Origin: Acidobacteriota bacterium
GTDB lineage: Bacteria; Acidobacteriota; UBA6911; RPQK01; JAJDTT01
Direction: 5' to 3'
DNA: 39,279 nt
Assembly: GCA_047514575.1 (NCBI GenBank)
Contig: JAKZYH010000181.1
Location: 1 to 39,279 of the forward strand
Within the stretch, counting starts at the first letter, position 1, and the number at the start of each line of letters is the position of its first letter. The notes beneath the pieces are model-generated. The model worked only from the letters and a program-made list of their open reading frames with translations. It had not been told where the DNA came from and did not search any database. The translations under genes and the position numbers were made by a program. This document shows, in pieces, positions 38,477 through 39,279 of this stretch.

Positions 38477-38573
38477 ACCCAGGGAAAGAAGTCGGGGAAA
38501 GAAGTCAGTCGGGGAAAGAAGTCTGTCCCCACCCAGGGAAAGAAGTCTACCCAGGGAAAGAAGTCTGTCCCCA
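38477..38573 (-). repeat. Mosaic repeat: GGGAAAGAAGTC x5 with two TCTGTCCCCA motifs
   Basis: acccagggaaagaagtc/ggggaaagaagtc units. Motifs at 38522 and 38564. Confidence 0.9.
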
Positions 38574-38628
38574 ACCAACGAGTCCTGTCGGATGCGACTC
38601 GCCGTGATACACTCGACCGGGACTGAAA

Positions 38629-39279
38629 ATGAGGTGCTTTTCCCGATTCTGGTGCCTATCCCTTCTGACTCTGCCCTCATTGTTGGTTGTCTCATGTGTT
38701 CTATCTACCCCGGGCGAAGCATCCCAGGGCGAGCTGGAATACGGACGCCTTCGAGAGGAAATGGTTACCACCCAGTTGGAAGCCCGTGACATCTGGGACC
38801 ATGGCGTGTTAAAGGCGATGCGGGCGGTTCCACGTCACCTGTTTGTGCCCCAGAGAATCCAGCCTCATGCTTACCAGGACCACCCCCTACCCATCGGTGA
38901 AGAGCAGACCATTTCTCAACCCTACATCGTGGCCCTGATGACTCAGCTTGCTGCTCCCAAGAAGCACCATCGAGCTCTGGAGATCGGTACTGGATCGGGA
39001 TATCAGGCCGCAGTCCTGGCTGAACTGGTCAAGGAGGTCTACACCATCGAGATCGTACCCAAACTTGCCGAACGCTCGTGGAAGGTTCTGACGGACCTGG
39101 GCTACGCTAATGTCCATGGACGGCAGGGGGATGGCTATCGGGGCTGGCCAGAAAAGGCTCCTTTTGACTTGATTCTGGTCACGGCCGCACCGGGGACGAT
39201 CCCTGAGCCCCTGAAGGAACAGCTTGCCGAAGGAGGTAGGTTGGTGATCCCCGTGGGAAAGACCTGGGGAATCCAGCAG
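38629..39279 (+). CDS. pcm: Protein-L-isoaspartate O-methyltransferase (partial, runs off window)
   Basis: Manual translation: MRAVPRHLFVP, AYQDHPLPIGEEQTISQPYIVA, LEIGTGSGYQAAVLA, GDGYRGWPEKAPFD. Confidence 0.93.
   Translation, partial: MRCFSRFWCLSLLTLPSLLVVSCVLSTPGEASQGELEYGRLREEMVTTQLEARDIWDHGVLKAMRAVPRHLFVPQRIQPHAYQDHPLPIGEEQTISQPYIVALMTQLAAPKKHHRALEIGTGSGYQAAVLAELVKEVYTIEIVPKLAERSWKVLTDLGYANVHGRQGDGYRGWPEKAPFDLILVTAAPGTIPEPLKEQLAEGGRLVIPVGKTWGIQQ

Overview
GC-rich (~58%) bacterial chromosomal window, probably from an Acidobacteria-like organism. This is inferred from an Oar-type TonB-dependent receptor, a PVC-type heme-binding protein and lpxC. Housekeeping and metabolic genes include ggt, lpxC, an amidase-GerMN-rph-rdgB cluster, a YyaL-like protein, queC, pdxH, recQ, nagA, a GlmU-N/GalK fusion, an orphan motB, a Rieske protein with an amidohydrolase, a TBDR and pcm. 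Mobile DNA comprises an ISKra4 element in the lpxC tail, an IS630 element, two MITEs and a GTAG-type REP pair. The most unusual signal is a RAYT-like HUH/Y1 nuclease gene (21642-22568) bracketed by a perfect 15-bp inverted repeat, TGGGGACAGACTTCA. The 10-bp core of that repeat recurs at least 17 times across the window. These copies form non-palindromic, same-orientation clusters, each embedded in 'stuttered' duplications of its own local sequence. One such duplication is in frame inside a protein gene. The pattern suggests a motif-directed local duplication/diversification system, which is a hypothesis and not demonstrated.
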